Positions 1 to 14,630 are shown, counted from the stretch's first letter. The stretch: 64,000 bases of DNA from Eledone cirrhosa (GCA_964016885.1 OZ024743.1:150970001-151034000), one strand, 5' to 3'. The notes: generated from the sequence alone by a model not told the origin. A program made the numbers and translations.

Positions 1-603
1 CAAATTATAATTAATAGAATCTAAATCATTACATTTTCTTTTAAAATGTTATTGTTATTGGACTTGTATAAGTTGAAAGAACTGAAGCTGTTGCTACTAT
101 TTCTACTACTGCTGCTACTATTACTACTACTCTGGAACTATATTTTTCTCCATTTACTAAAGTTTACTTTCCTTTTTCTCTCATGATAAGGCAGTATCTG
201 CTTCAATTTGCTCTATACTAATACTGAATTTCTTAGCTATATTGTTATATCATCATATGATATAAGAAATGATTTGGTGCAGGCCAGAGAGTATGTTTGA
301 TGCAAATTTCCAAACTGTCTGCTGTTCTTTTTTAGCTCTTATAGTTTTTGAAATGAGACCAATTATTTTTTATAATCATATTTGAAATATTTTTTGTCTT
401 TCAGAGTATTTGTTTAATTCATTGCCATTTAATCAGCATACCTCATGAATATAAAAACCAACCAGACTTTGTGTAGCATATCACAACTAAAATACAATGA
501 TTTTCTATCATAATTAATCTTATTGTTATGCCAAATATACTTTGGTTGTCGTACAGATGACCAAGATAAGCATTAGGTACCACATCAAATTTGCATTGGA
601 TAT

Positions 604-1211
604 TCAGAGAGAGAGACTGAGCATAAGAGGAATCAAATGCTGTTTGCAGGAGAGGTGGTTGTGTTGGTATGGACATGTGATGCATATGAAGGATGACAGC
701 TGCATAAAAAGGTGCAGAGCACTAGAAGTCGATGGAAACTGCAGAGTGGGGAGACCCAAGAAGACCTGGGATGAGGTGATAAAAGCCGATCTTACCCAAT
801 TACACCTCTCAAAGGCGATGGCACACAACTGTGACCTCTGGCATCACGCAGTAATACAGAAGACCATACCCCAATGGGTACAAGCCAAAGCTGAAGCATA
901 TAGACAATATGCCTCCACACCCTCCCACTGCAAAGTGGTCGTGGAGTTGCCACAGCAAAAAAGCACCCAGCCCACACTGTAAAGTGGACATGTAGGCGAC
1001 ACGGAAAAAAAGCACCCAGCACTCACTGTAAATGAAGTTGGTATTAGTAAGGGCATCCAGCTGTAGAAATCCAGCTGTAGAAATCAAGCCAGAATCAGTT
1101 CCCGTATGAGCAAGACAAGGGCAACCGACCGGACACTGCCCATAACAGGACAACCCGTCTAACCCATGCTAGCATGGAAGAACGGACGTAAAACGGTGAT
1201 GATGATGATGA
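604..1211 (+). mobile_element. RTE-clade LINE, 5'-truncated 3' end (ORF C-terminus, 3'UTR, (GAT)n tail)
   Basis: Translation ERWLCWYGHVMHM...GRPKKTWDEVI matches the C-terminus of the 991-aa ORF. The 3'UTR is shared with 24060-24387 and ends in GATGATGAT at about 1198-1211. Confidence 0.9.
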
Positions 1212-1529
1212 TTCAAGTGAATTAAAGGATTGGTTGAATAAAAATAGAAGTTCAATAATTTTTCCATATCCATAATATAGAGAAAAAGAAATCATCATAG
1301 CGACAGCTATTTTCATAGTATTAATATAATTGTTTTTTAAAAAAATCAAAAACATGGTTGTCTTTCCAAACTTGTATTCAGCATGCAGTCTGGTTCAAAG
1401 TGATGAAACAATATGCAATCCTTTTCCCCTAAATGATAGACCAGCTTCCATGGATGATGAAATGGAGAGCCATAAAGGTGCAATGGATAGGGATGCTGGA
1501 CATTCTACAGATCCAAAATTAGTAACTGA

Positions 1530-2950
1530 AAATTTAGTGTCAGGAGTATTTGATCAGGAGTATTTAAATGATTTTGTTAGAGACTGTCAGCTGTCTAAAA
1601 AGAAGGTACAATTCCTCACCTCAAGACTGAAGGAAGATAATTTACTTGAACAAAATGTGTGAATGAGTCACTAATGAAAGAGATCTTAATTTGGTAATGT
1701 GCTTTGCAGTAGATGGTTCCCACTGCTGATGCAATGACAACAAAGAACTCTTCACAAACTTATTTCTGATTGATGTAACATCTAACTGCTGTATCTTCAC
1801 TGATTCATCACAAAGATGCTTGAAAGCATAATAAGAAGTTAAAGCCATCCATCCCCATTGTCCACTCTGTCAACTTTAAGAGACACATAACATGTCTATA
1901 TTGCTTGATACCTTTTAATAGTGTATTATTCAATGGAATATCTTTGAAGAACTCAAAGTTACCAACTTGCTCATGAGCTTACATGAAGGATGTACAAAAT
2001 ATCATTGTTTCATATACCTAAATAGTAGCTGTGCACTATGGATCACTGTATTAAATATGAATGACTACTAAGGACAACATGTGTCCCAGGAATGAGCAGA
2101 TTACTAAAGTAAATATTTCTACTATTTCTGTATATTAAACTTGATTTGAGGAAACATTTAACTAAAGCCAAGTGAAACAAATATCAATATCTTCCTAAAG
2201 ATTGCCAAGTGTGAGTGTGGCAAAAATCAAAAGAGGGAATTTTTATGGGGCCACTAATCAAAGAGATTTTAAAAGATATAACATTTTTACAAATACTTAA
2301 TACACTGAAATTACAAGCTTGTCAGACTTTTAACCAGTTGAGTGCCATATATATTTTACACAGCTACAGCTGCTGTGCCAGATTTTTTTTCAGTAAGATG
2401 ACTATTTTTTTAACAACACATATCTGAATGATTTATAAATGTCACATCAATAAACTAGTAACCCCATTTAGCTTTCACGTTATGAACTGTTGGAAACTGG
2501 TCCATAACTTTGAAGCTATGAACTGTTGGAAAAGAGTTCAAATATGTTAGGACGTGTTATCTCATCTGTGGAACCAGAATGCATACATGTTAGGATGAGT
2601 TATCTTGTCTACAGCACTGAAGAGGTTAAATGATTATGCAAAATGTTTCTGGGAAATAAGTCACCTGTGCATAGAGGTAAAGTTGAAAAACTCTTTAATG
2701 TATATAAAGAAATGGACTGTCAGATGAATTTAAAAATACATTTCCTACATTTTCATCTAGATTTCTTTCCAGAAAATCTTGAAGTGGTAAATGATGAGCA
2801 AGCTAATTGATTCCATCAAGATATTCATGCAATGGAAACAAAATAGCAGGGATTTTGGAATGAAGGTATGATGGCTGACTACTGTTGGATGCTATATCAT
2901 GGTGACCCAGATCAGGCTTATAAGAGAAAATCATATTCATAACATTTTTA
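1530..2950 (+). pseudogene. Decayed Chapaev3-like (CMC) DNA transposase
   Basis: Motifs appear in order across frameshifts and stops: FDQEYLNDFVRD..SKKKVQFLTSRLKE, IFTDSSQRCLKA, KEGIFMGPLI, MNLKIHFLHFHLDFFPENL..VNDEQ..FHQDI..GFWNEGMMADYCW. The family assignment is from recalled motifs. Confidence 0.7.
2330..2629. mobile_element. TTAA-flanked piggyBac-type MITE nested in the Chapaev-like transposase
   Basis: TTAA occurs at 2330-2333 and 2626-2629. Ends TTAACCAGTTGAGTGC and rc TTAACCTCTTCAGTGC match at 13/16. Removing the insert restores the frame QACQTFK*LCKMFLGN. Confidence 0.75.
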
Positions 2951-4517
2951 AAAGCATGTATAATGTATATTCTTCAATTACATGTATAGCTAAGTGAATC
3001 TATGATATAAAAATTAAATTAAAATGAATTATGAATGAATTTATAAAGTGTATGCCATATATGTTGGTTGAAGCAATAAACAAATTTTGTATAAAATGTT
3101 ACTTAACAAACCTTAAGTACTGATAAAATTGAAAGATACAAAAATTGTCATATTTCATAAACTAGACATACTAAAGGGAGAACTGAACAGTGTTGGCTAA
3201 TTTCATCCCCAATGGAAAAAAAATAGCTTTATTTAACTAACCAATGTACTTAGTTTAGTGCTAAACATGCAGGATATCTATTAATAAAGTCATAATATAC
3301 CACTTCAATGCAGAGTGCATTATGCCTACTTTTGTCACAACACTGTAAAATCTTCAATCAACTGTATAAAACTTGCTTTTATAGGTAAACACTTTATTGC
3401 TTTGCGATAGTCTGACCAATTCATTTAACAGAATCCTTTATTCAAATCAGATAATGCTCTGCAGGCCAGGTGTTCCTTGGTTACCTTAATATAGCCAAGA
3501 AGCATGAGGGGCTTTACTAAGTCTACATTTACATATATAAAGAGATTTGGACTGTATTTTCTCACCTACATTGTGGAAGACCAAAAGATTCCCTTTTCAA
3601 TTACATTTTTACACACAGTCCCAGTTTAATTCACCAGCAAAAATTTCGAAATTATGGTGCTTAGTATATTTCATACAACTATACATACATATATGTTTGC
3701 ATGCATATATACATCCATATATCCATACATATATACCCATATATTATGAAATAAATAGGATGGGTTGGGGTCTCAATATGTAAACTAAATTACTAATTCT
3801 GGTTTTAAAAGAATCAAGGGAGACAACCTAGAAAGGTTATCGATTTTCCGACCCCACCACTTATTTCAAACCCCACTATTATTTGGGACCTGGGAGTACA
3901 ATAACTGATAGCATTAAGCAAAGGATATAACAATATCAGAACCTTTCATTCTAATAAGTGCTTAATTTTTAATTCATTTTAAATAAAGTTTTTGAGACCC
4001 TTAAATTTTGATAACAGTAAGAATTTATCTGTGACTACAATAAAAAAAAAAAAATTCCTCTGTATATATTTATATACCTATAAGGAAACATATGGTGATT
4101 CCTACTCAGAGTTCTACACCCTATGCAGTCTGTCTAATGATGATGAATTCTGGTCGTAACTAGCTGTGCTTCACCCTTGTAAATCTACACAATGTACCCA
4201 CCATTGCCCCTCTCATCATGCCTGCTGTATCTATGCTAAACATTTCCTCAAATTCTTTTTCATCAGAACAGCAATTTCTTAGTACTTTCCCCATTCATGC
4301 TTTCCCTACAGATCTACAGAAAGCAACCTGCAAAGGTTCAAGCTGAACAACAACTATATAAACTTCTCAAGAGGTTATCTACATCAAACTCACCAGATTT
4401 GACTTGACATCTATTTCTGTAAAGAAGTTTTCACCAAGTGTAGTGAGGTTTCATATGACTTCAGTGTTTTTTTTTGGGGGGGGGGGGGGGGTATTTGGGG
4501 AGAGGGAGTACAACAGC

Positions 4518-4640
4518 TAGGGTGCAGGCATGATCAAATAATTAACATATTTACAAGACAAGCATGAGATTGTGTTTTATTCAACTGTGTGACATCTTGT
4601 ATAAATGTCTTCTACTTTAGCTTTGGGTCGATCTAAACTC
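4518..4640 (+). mobile_element. Highly decayed tRNA-derived SINE head
   Basis: ggtgcaggcatg...gtcttctactttagctttgggtcga resembles a tRNA-head plus conserved-core SINE layout. Confidence 0.4.
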
Positions 4641-6777
4641 AATGAAAAGCAAAAGATAAGACAGTGAGATAAATAATGGTGGTGCTGGTTGTGATGGTGA
4701 TGGTGGGGTGGTGATGATGACGATGGTAAAGATGATGTTAATTTACCACAATAAAATTAATACCCCACAGTATCTGATTAAATCATTCTTAGATCACAAC
4801 GACATCAAATTATAAAATATGATACTCCCTGGATAATAGTAGATGAGTCACTACTGCCTTACGGACAACTGACGCTGCTCACCAGGTCCAAACACAGAAG
4901 AGCCAAACTCCCACTGTCATCGCTTCCATCTCTCTCACCTGCTCCATCTGTCTCACCCGCCCCATCTCTCTCACCCACCCCATCTCTCTCTATTATGAGC
5001 AAATGGAGTCCCACGTGCTGGCTGCCCCACGGCCCTAGCGGACAGAATGGAGAAGGCGGATGATAAGGGAGATGCAATGAGTAAAATTAGGAAGGTAGAA
5101 TCTTCGACAGCCTGTCAGATAGACTGTACCTATAATTCAAAAGGCCAGTTTTGTCATACACAGTGTCACATTAATTCTGCCTGGGGATAATATACACAAG
5201 AGCAATGCTTAGTCACTTACACTATAATTCAAAGGATAGGCAGTTTTGTTGATCAAAACAACTGAAACAGTCTATTTACTTTACTTTGCACCAATTTTAT
5301 ATTTAGATAATCAGTATTTGTTCATCAAACTGAAAATCATGATGCATGCAGCATGCTTTATGAGAATGTTTCTATGCAGTTTTGAATATTAAATATATCA
5401 CACACATAAACATGAGCTTAAAGTATTATACACAAATAGACACATATACATAAACATTAGAATACATTATAAGGAGATAGTGCAACAAATGATACATCTT
5501 TATCCACTAATCATTATAGCTTATTTAATATTAGCAAAGTTTTTATTCTATAACAATTGAATAACAGGCAAGAAGTCAAACTAATCAAATCAGGAGCTAT
5601 ATTTTGAAATCAAGCAATGAAAATTGCATGAAAAAGTAGCTACAAAAACTTCAAAACAACATTTGTAATGTATTTAAAAACATTCTGGGACAATTGATCT
5701 TTCATAGTTAAAAGCTATTGCAATAAATTTATTATAAACAGTGTCTCCTTTTAGAGTGAAATCAAATTTCAAATGAATTTCTAAATAGCAATAATTTATT
5801 TTAAAAATCTATATTTTCAAACAATAGAAATATAAATTGATATATTTCAGCAAGTTTTTAAAAACATTTTTTCAATCAAGATATCTATATAAATTTGGGA
5901 ACTGTTCAAACTGACTTGTTTTCAATTCTAATTGCATTAGCATGTTGTAAGATTTACACCATATTTTTGTTTTGTTTTTGAAAATTTAGTACTAGTTTAT
6001 TATTTGAATGTGAAGGAATACAAAATGTTATAATATATCCATTATTTTGTTACTTTTCTGATTTTTCAGTAAAAATAATTATCTCCCTATTTCAATAGTT
6101 AGCACAATTTTAATGGGAAAATGGATAGGTTATTTAATAAAAGCAAATATATTCCACTTCTCAGAAAAATTTCTAGTATTGTTGATTAAATGAAAATATA
6201 TTTTTGAAAAGAATATGAAGAGTATAACATAAATTATTAAAACAACACAAAATTCTCCATAAAATTATTCAATAAATTGAGCCTAATATATTTAAATATG
6301 GAAGTCATATAAAAAATGTATAAATGTGTATATATATATATAAGATAATGCCATCTTTTCTTATTCTTTCTACTTCATCTTTTGTGACATTAATGAATCC
6401 CGACTAGCCACAGTAGAGTGCACAATGAGGTTTCAGAAATTGGTAGCTTTTAACAAAACAAAAACAATAACATTCCTTGAGCCAACAAGAAATTACTTAT
6501 GCTGTTGATCAACCTGCTAGTAATAGCAGTCAAATTCCTCTCATTCATTTTGCCTTGGAATAAAACAGGGTGTTCAGAGTTAGAATCTTTTTTTATCATA
6601 GGATTGCTCAATTGAAGCTGATCTAAGACTAAACAAAAACAACACTGACATTGAAGCAATGCAAGATAATTTATTATGGCGTGTTTGAAAACTTAAAATT
6701 ATGCAAGAACACCATTTCAAGCACAAAGAGATTATTTTCCAATTTATGCTTTAGTTAAGTTATATATGTTATATACA

Positions 6778-7070
6778 GTGAAGATGCATGGTTTAGTGGT
6801 TAAAGTTGTGGGCTCACAATCATGAGGCTATGAGTTCAATTCTCAGATTGGGCAACACAGTGTCTCTTTCAAGAAGACACTTCATTTTATGTTGCCCCTG
6901 TACACTCTCTTGGAAAACATATGTGGCATGGAGAGGAGAGACTGGCATGAATGGGTAATTGCTGGTCTTCCATAAAAAAAAACACTTAGCCTGGTTTTGT
7001 GCCTCAGAGAGAAATTTTCTAGGTGCAAACCCATGGTCAGTCATGATCGAAGGGGGACTATGATGATGAC
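6778..7070 (+). mobile_element. tRNA-derived SINE with core domain and GAT tail
   Basis: A-box-like tggtttagtggttaa, B-box-like gagttcaattc, core-like aagacacttcattt, ends tgatgatgacga. Related to the copies at 39711 and 53097. Confidence 0.65.
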
Positions 7071-10000
7071 GATATAGTATACAAGAAGAGTAATCAATAC
7101 AGATAGTATAAATACTGACATCTATAATAGTGATAAATTCAGATATTGGATTCTTACAGAATTTCAACACCATACTGTTTGATACTAATTGATAACTAGA
7201 AGCATCCCCAGTGCTGCCCAGGAAATAAACCACTCAGTTGCACATTCTATGTCCATTGGTTTTATATAAGAAAAAAGCTTTTTTTTCTTTTTAAGTAAAT
7301 GCCTTTCCTGCAGATATACAGAAAAAAGATAAAGCAATGTCTGTATTTATTGTAATATTTCCTTTTTTTTTAATTATATAAACCATTCAGAATTTGCACA
7401 AAATAGTCAAGACAACTCTTCAGTTGTATCAAAGGCATGACAACCTCTTCAGTGTTAGTGATCTACATGATAAATTCACCAAGTGCACTCTGTACAATGG
7501 TAATAGAAAGGGTAGCCACCATAGACAACCTACCAATCAAAGAGTCAGAAATACTTTTCAGCAATCAAAGAGATTACAACCACCCATGTTGGTGCCATGA
7601 TAAAATACACCAGATGTATGCTGTAGAGTGCAGGAATGTACATAAGTGAGAAGCAGTCTCCCAGCCTATCTGAGATGTCAGTAGCTCTGTGACAACTCAT
7701 TCAACCTTTGCCACCAGAGAAAAAAAAGGTGTTAGATGATGATGGTAATGAGACCAATGAGATATAATTTATTTTCATTTTATTTATTTTTCTGTTCATT
7801 GAGATCTGATCTGTCTCTGATACTGTTGAAGGTGTAGTACATATCACACAGAAAGCAAATGAAGGGTACTTGATGTGTATATGCAAATTCCAAATTATTT
7901 ATTTGTAAAAGGATAGGAAATATCGCAATTTCTTTTCTACATATTTTCAGGAAAGCTGTCAAAAGAATACCAAGAAGAATATATTTTTGTTTCAAGAGTT
8001 CCAGTCCTTTAAATGTGCTGGAAGTTATTTTAGGCAAGAGGGCATGTGTACATTAATCGAAATATTTTTACAGTACAAAGGACTGTTGAGCTACATTGAA
8101 GGAACACACAAACATATGGATAAAGAATTTTAATAGTATATTGAACGTGAACACATCAATAAAAGTGAGATTTTCGTCTCTTGATACCTAACCTCAGCTA
8201 GGTAAACTCAGCTTTTACCTTTATGATTTCTCCTAGTTATCTATATTCATTAATTACAGCAGACAGAATTTCTGATCTGCTGAGCCTATTGAAATAATTA
8301 TATGCTCCCATTCTGTGCACCTATCTTCCTAAGTTAAATGACATCATACACCAACATCTACTTGGTGGATAGTCATACATAAAATCAAGTGGTGGGAAAC
8401 TTGCACAAATGACTATAAAATATATACAATTTTAGAGTTTATAAAAAGTAATTGATAGTTTATAAAATATATAAAAGTGTTGGTCATAAAATTATCAATA
8501 TTGTATTTTTTTTTTTTTGTAATCTAAAAATGTTTTAGGGGATTAAGTTTATTGAATTTACACTACATGCAATTATTCAATATCTAGATTCATATTTCAT
8601 AACTATTAATACACAATTTAGGATCAAATATCTTTACCTTTTGACTAATTTCATTCAATTCAATAAATCAAACAGGAAAATTGAATAGTCAATACGATTG
8701 AAAAAAACTTTTTATACTGAATTTGTTATATTATCAAATATCAAAGATAACCATTTGCAAATCTAAATGTACAGAATAAAATTCCACATAACTAACCAAT
8801 ATATTCGAAAGTAGTATCTATTGAAGTTAGGTCTGAACTTTTAATGACAAATCTTTAAAAGTGATTTTGATTAATTCTAAAAGATCAAATTATTTTTACA
8901 GATAAAAAAAATCATATATATAATCAGTTTTTAAATTTTAAATGTGTTTGCAGAAAATATTCTTCTGCTTGAAATTGATTCATCAATATGAACCATAATT
9001 CTTTATTTGTGTTTTCTAATGTTTTTAATTCTGAGATGAAATGTATTCTATTTAAAAATAATTAATAACTGAAAATGCTACACAAAAATTTGAAACCAAT
9101 ATTTATTTTATTTTTTTTACATTAATCCAGTTACCTACTTTTCATACTATTAATCTTCATCAGGCAATAAAAAATTTAAAATATTTCAAAATCTAATAAA
9201 ACAGGATATTTTATTAATAATTATGGTCCAATTATATTTCTTCTGATCAATGAATAAAAAAAATACCATTTGACATTCAGTTTACATGATCAAATGTAAG
9301 GTTTAAGACAAGTTGAAATAAGTATTCAAAGAAAAGTTATGTGATTGGATTGAATCAGATCACAATTAGCACGACACTAAATACTAATACTAACTGTGTC
9401 AAGAACTTAGAACACTAATATATAAGAATATTTAAAGGAAGACAGTAAAAATGCATAACTATGAAAGATAATCAATAAAAAAAATAGGAATACATGTAAA
9501 ACTTTTTAAAATATACATGAAAAGACATTTGAAGTTCTAACTTTTAAGCAAAAGCTTTCTTCAGTTTGCTTAACTTAATTATATTTTGAGACAATATGGA
9601 CGAATAGATATTTCAAGGCCACTTACTGAACTTACTTAAAATTTATTTTTAATTTTTTTAGATTTATCATTAAGTAGATTATTCAATATATAGAATATAT
9701 ATAGAAAATATATTAAGTCTCCCAGAAAATGGAAATAATAATAATGATGAAAACGAATGGAAACATGGAACAAAGCAAATGTGGATAATATTTTCACTTC
9801 AAAAAATTATTATCATAGAATAGTAAAAATAACTTTTACACAGGAAATATTACTGGACAGGTTTACAAGGATCAATAAAATGATTAAGAGAATGAAATGA
9901 AATTACCACCAAATAAAGAATTGTAGAAATTTCCAATTGTAAAGGTGGCTGAGCAGAGATGTGTAGATGTGTGCTGCATGTAACAGGTAAGACGAAGAGA

Positions 10001-10289
10001 AGCATCAGCCAGACTAGCCATGGGCAAGGAACATAGGCACAAGTTGTTCTAGGTTGGTAGAAATGACAATAAAAGTAGGGTAGGCATACTATTGGCAAAT
10101 TAATAGGTAGATAAGGTAATCAAGGTAATCAGAGTATGTGATAGGGTAATTATGCTTCATCTACTTTTGTATAATTCAATTGCTACCATTATCTTTGTAT
10201 ATGGACAATGGTTGAAGATGCTAGAACTCTCCCTGGGGAATAATGTATCTCTAAATATTGATCAGTGATTAGTGACTTAAGTATACAAA

Positions 10290-11540
10290 CTAGATACACA
10301 CAAAACCTGTGTGCTGATTATCTAGCCCTCATATCAGACACTGCAGAAAAATTAGGAAAGAAGTTACAAATGGGGAAACAGAATCTGAATTCAAAGATCG
10401 TCCGATTTAACCTAGCAAAGGCTAACGTTTCAGAAAGTAAAAAAGATAATAGGACTCTCAGGTATATGACTGTGCTCAAGATGCAAAAATGTTATAGGTA
10501 AAAACTCTATACAGTGTACTCAGTGTATACAATGGATGCACAAGAGATGTAGTGGGATCACAGGTAGGTTAACAAGGAAGGTAGATATGTGTGATAGGTG
10601 CACAGAAGCAGTCAACAATACTTACTCATGAAACGAACGCCCTCAAATTCTCAAACGCCTCACTAGAAATTGTAAATAGCTTTTGCTGTCTAGTTACAAT
10701 GAAGGTGGGCATAATAACAGTGATGTAACCAGAGTAAGAATGGATGGAACAAGTTGAGGGAGCTGTTATAACTATTGACAACAATAGGCTTCTCTCTTAG
10801 AGTGAAAAGCAGATTATATGATGCCTGAGTTTTAACTGCTAAACAACATGGAAACAAAATATTGGTTGTGAGCATAGAGGATTTGTGGTGACTAGAAAGA
10901 AATGTAAAATGTTAGTGTGCATGAACAATGAAGCACAAGTGCACTGAGAAAAAAGTTGAGTATTGAGAAATTGGGTGTGGGGTGCAAGAGAGACAATTGC
11001 ACTGGTATGCGCATGCAATGTATAAAGAGTGGGAGAGTTGTATAAAAAAAAAGGGTCAAGTACTTGAAGTAAACAAATCTTATGGAAGATGGAGACCAAA
11101 GAAGACATGAGACAAAGACGTAATGAAACTGAACCTCAAAAAGTAGATGACACTGAATCAAGTTGACTGGTGACATACTGTATGAAAAAAGACCTATCCA
11201 CCAGTACAAGTACAATAACATTAAACATAAACATAATGAGATCTCTTTTAGCCTACAGTGGACAACACAGCCTCCCTTATATAGGTATTGTGATGGAACA
11301 TACTCAATAAAGTCATGGACAAACAAACCGAAACAACATATGGCAGAGGGGGCTCTTTGGTACTACCAAGAACATGACAACCTCTCTAATATGGGTTCTA
11401 TAATACACTCTGTAAAGTGGTTGGTGTTAGCAAGAGCATCCAGCTATAGAAGCCATGTCAAAACAGAATATATGAGCAATGTGTGGTCTCCCTGCCTCAT
11501 CTAGTCTTAGATAGTGAAAATCCGTTCAACCCATTTCCAC
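10290..11540 (+). mobile_element. Old, decayed RTE LINE 3' half
   Basis: Remnants LCADYLALIS, FNLAKANV, WMHKRCSGITG and GWNKLRELL are collinear with the young RTE ORF, with many stops. Confidence 0.75.
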
Positions 11541-11721
11541 CTTGAAAGTGAACATTAGATAATTTTTTCTACTTTTGACACAAGGCCAGCAAATACCCAG
11601 TGCATTACTGGTACTTTATTTTATCGACCCCGTAAGGATGAAAGTGAACATTAAATAATGGTGGTAAATGAAAGACTATTGATGAACAGATTACAATTTG
11701 CCACTACCCACAAAATATATA

Positions 11722-14630
11722 TCATCACTCTCATTTTAACGTCTGCTTTCCCTGTAAGCAAGGGCTGGACAGGTCCATATAGATTAAGTCTGTACTGAAG
11801 CAGAGCCACTGATCTCTAAGGCAAACCAGGGACCTATGTGTGCTTATGGGCAGTTTCCATTCCATCAAGTGCTCAGGAGTGGTTGTCATGCCTTTTACAC
11901 GACTGAGGGTCCTCCTAAACCATTGTTTGGCAAGATTTCTATGGTTGGATGTCCTTCCTATCACCAACCACTTTACAGAGTGTTCTGGGTGCATCTATCA
12001 TGTAAATTACCAACACTAGGGTGGCTGTATTGCCCTTGATATGACTGGAGGGTCCTCCAAACCCTTTGTCTGGCAAGTTTTCTACAGCTGGATGCACTTC
12101 CTATTGCCAACCACTTTACAGCATGTACTAGGTGCATTTATCATGTACATCACCAACACTAGGGAGGTTAACATGCCTTTGACATGACTGAAGGGTCCTC
12201 CTAACCCTTTGCCAGGTAAGTTTTCTATGGCTGCATGCCTTTACTATCACCAACCACTTTACAGCATGTACTGGATGTGTTTATCATGAAGATCACCAAC
12301 ACTAGGGAGGTTGTCATGTTCATGACACGTCTGAAAGGTCCTCCTGACCCTTTGGCTGGAAGCCCTTCCTACTGCCAACCATTTCATGGGGGGGTGCAAC
12401 TGCCAGGAATGTGTATAGGGATGGGGATGTTGAAAACAACTGTTAGGGAGTGTTAATGGAAGGGGGAGGGTAGGTCAGGTCACAAGCTGCAGGTTGGGTC
12501 TTCTTCAGCTCTGCGTAGTGCCAGCCCTCATGGTCTTTAGTAATTTCTGTTGTAAGGTTTAGCATTCTAAGGTCAGTCCTTACAACCTCATCCCATGTCT
12601 TCCTGGGTCTGCTTCTTCCACGGGCCCCAGCCACTGGGGTTTCTCTGCATTTCTTTATGCAGCTGCCATCATCCATGTGCATCACATGCAATGTGCATCA
12701 CACACAATGCAATCTTCTTTCTTGCACACTACAACCAATTCCTCTTATTCTAAGTTTTTTCCTCAGTTTGCTTATGCTATATAACTTATACATACTAACA
12801 TTACACATCCATTGGAATATACTCAACTCATTTCTTTCTAGTCTCCGCAGGTCTTCTGCAGTCATGGCCCATTTTTCACTGCCATGTAACATCCTCTCCT
12901 ACTACTAATTTGATCACCTAGGTAGCAAAAGCTGTCCACAACTTCTAGAGAGCTCTCCTGGCAGCTGAGGGAATCTATTTCACATGTTCTTTGTGCTTAC
13001 TTCCCCTTAACATCTGCTGCATATAAAGTTCATATCTTTTCCATTAGCCTACCTGCAATCCCACTACATATCTTGTGTGCCCATACTTTACATTGTGTGC
13101 TCCTTATGGAGTTTATACCCACCCCTTTCTGACATTTTGAGCATGGCAACTTTCCTGATGGTATCACTTTCCTACTTAAGAGTTTTATCTTCACTATATT
13201 TCCTTTTAGGCCTTTCAGCTCTAAGTTCTTCTTGCATGCTTGAAATTTTGCTTCTAACTCTCCTACGGACCCACCTATGAGGACTAGGTCATCAACATAA
13301 AGGTGCTCCTGTGGAGCCAGTTTTAAACTCCTCAGTGATGGCCTGAAGTACAATGATAAATAGAAGTGGACTGAGGACTGATCACTGGTAGACTCCCAAC
13401 AGCACTTCAAATTCATCACTGCACGCATTTCCAACTCTCACTCAGCTGGCTGCTTCTCTATATATGGCTTGCATGGCCCTCACAAGCCATTCGTCTACAC
13501 CTAGCTTCCTAAGTGCCTACCAGATTATAGAGTGTATGACCCTATCAAAGGCTTTCTCCAAATCTACAAATGTTAGATACAGTGGCTTACTCTTAGCTAA
13601 ATGTCTCTCCTATAGTTGTTTGTCTCACCAGAAAGAGGGCATCAGTAGTATCCCTACCTGGCATAAATCCAAATATCTAACTTGATTATGTCCCGAATTA
13701 GTTGTGCTATAACCTTTTCAGTAACTTTCATGACCTCGTCCATCAGCTTGACGCCTCTATAGTTACTTCTCTCTAGTGCATCCCCTTTGCTTTGTTGCAA
13801 TTTACAATGACACTACTACAGCAGTTGTTGAGTATGACACCATCCTGTACTACTGGATGAACTATGTTTCTGACTAGCTCCTATCCTAATTTACCAGTGC
13901 ATATCAGTGACTATACAGGAGGGTCAAGTTGCTTTCTCCACCTTCATGTCTTTAATTGCTTTACCTATCATATAGCTAGTCTCTCAGTAGGGTCTGCATG
14001 AAGTAGGCCCTCACTGTCCCATTCATTTTCCTCTTTCAGCAGTCTCTCATGGTATGTCTTCCATGCCTTTTTCTTTTCATCGTCAGACAGGGAAAGTGCT
14101 CCTCTATCATTTTGGACATACTTTTCTCCAACCACATCATGATTTTCTCAAGTATACTGTCTCGCAATCCTGAATACTTGATGCCTCTGATCCTTACAAT
14201 GCAGAACATGTGCAAACTTCTTTTCTGATTCCCTGCTCATGAGATATACTTGGCACCTGGCCTCCTTTCTTGCTATCAAATATTGCTTTCAGCCCCCTCC
14301 ATTTTCTCCAGGCTTGTTTTTTTTTTTGTTTTAATGGTTCTTTCTACCTTGTTATTCCACCACCATGTTACCCTCCATTTTGATGTAACCTTGCACCCAC
14401 TGCAGACCTGGCTTGTAGCTTCCAACAGGTTTTCCCATAGAAATTTCCGATTTTTCTCTATGTCATATGTCCCCAGCTCTTCTTCCTTACTGTCATAAGT
14501 ATCAAGAAAGATTTTTCTAAATTTGTTACCTACAGAGGATTCTCACTTTCCAAATCTTCCTTCAGGCTGGCTTTTGTCTCTTGGTCCACCTAGTTCTTAC
14601 TCTAAGGTCACTGACAACTAATCTATGGAC
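11722..14630 (-). mobile_element. Decayed RTE LINE with a tandemly repeated 3'UTR
   Basis: ORF fragments LYVDDLVLI, KVWAHKICSG, MLHGSEKWA and GRSRPRKTWDEVV. 3'UTR units of about 105 bp repeat at about 11870-12390. Confidence 0.85.
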
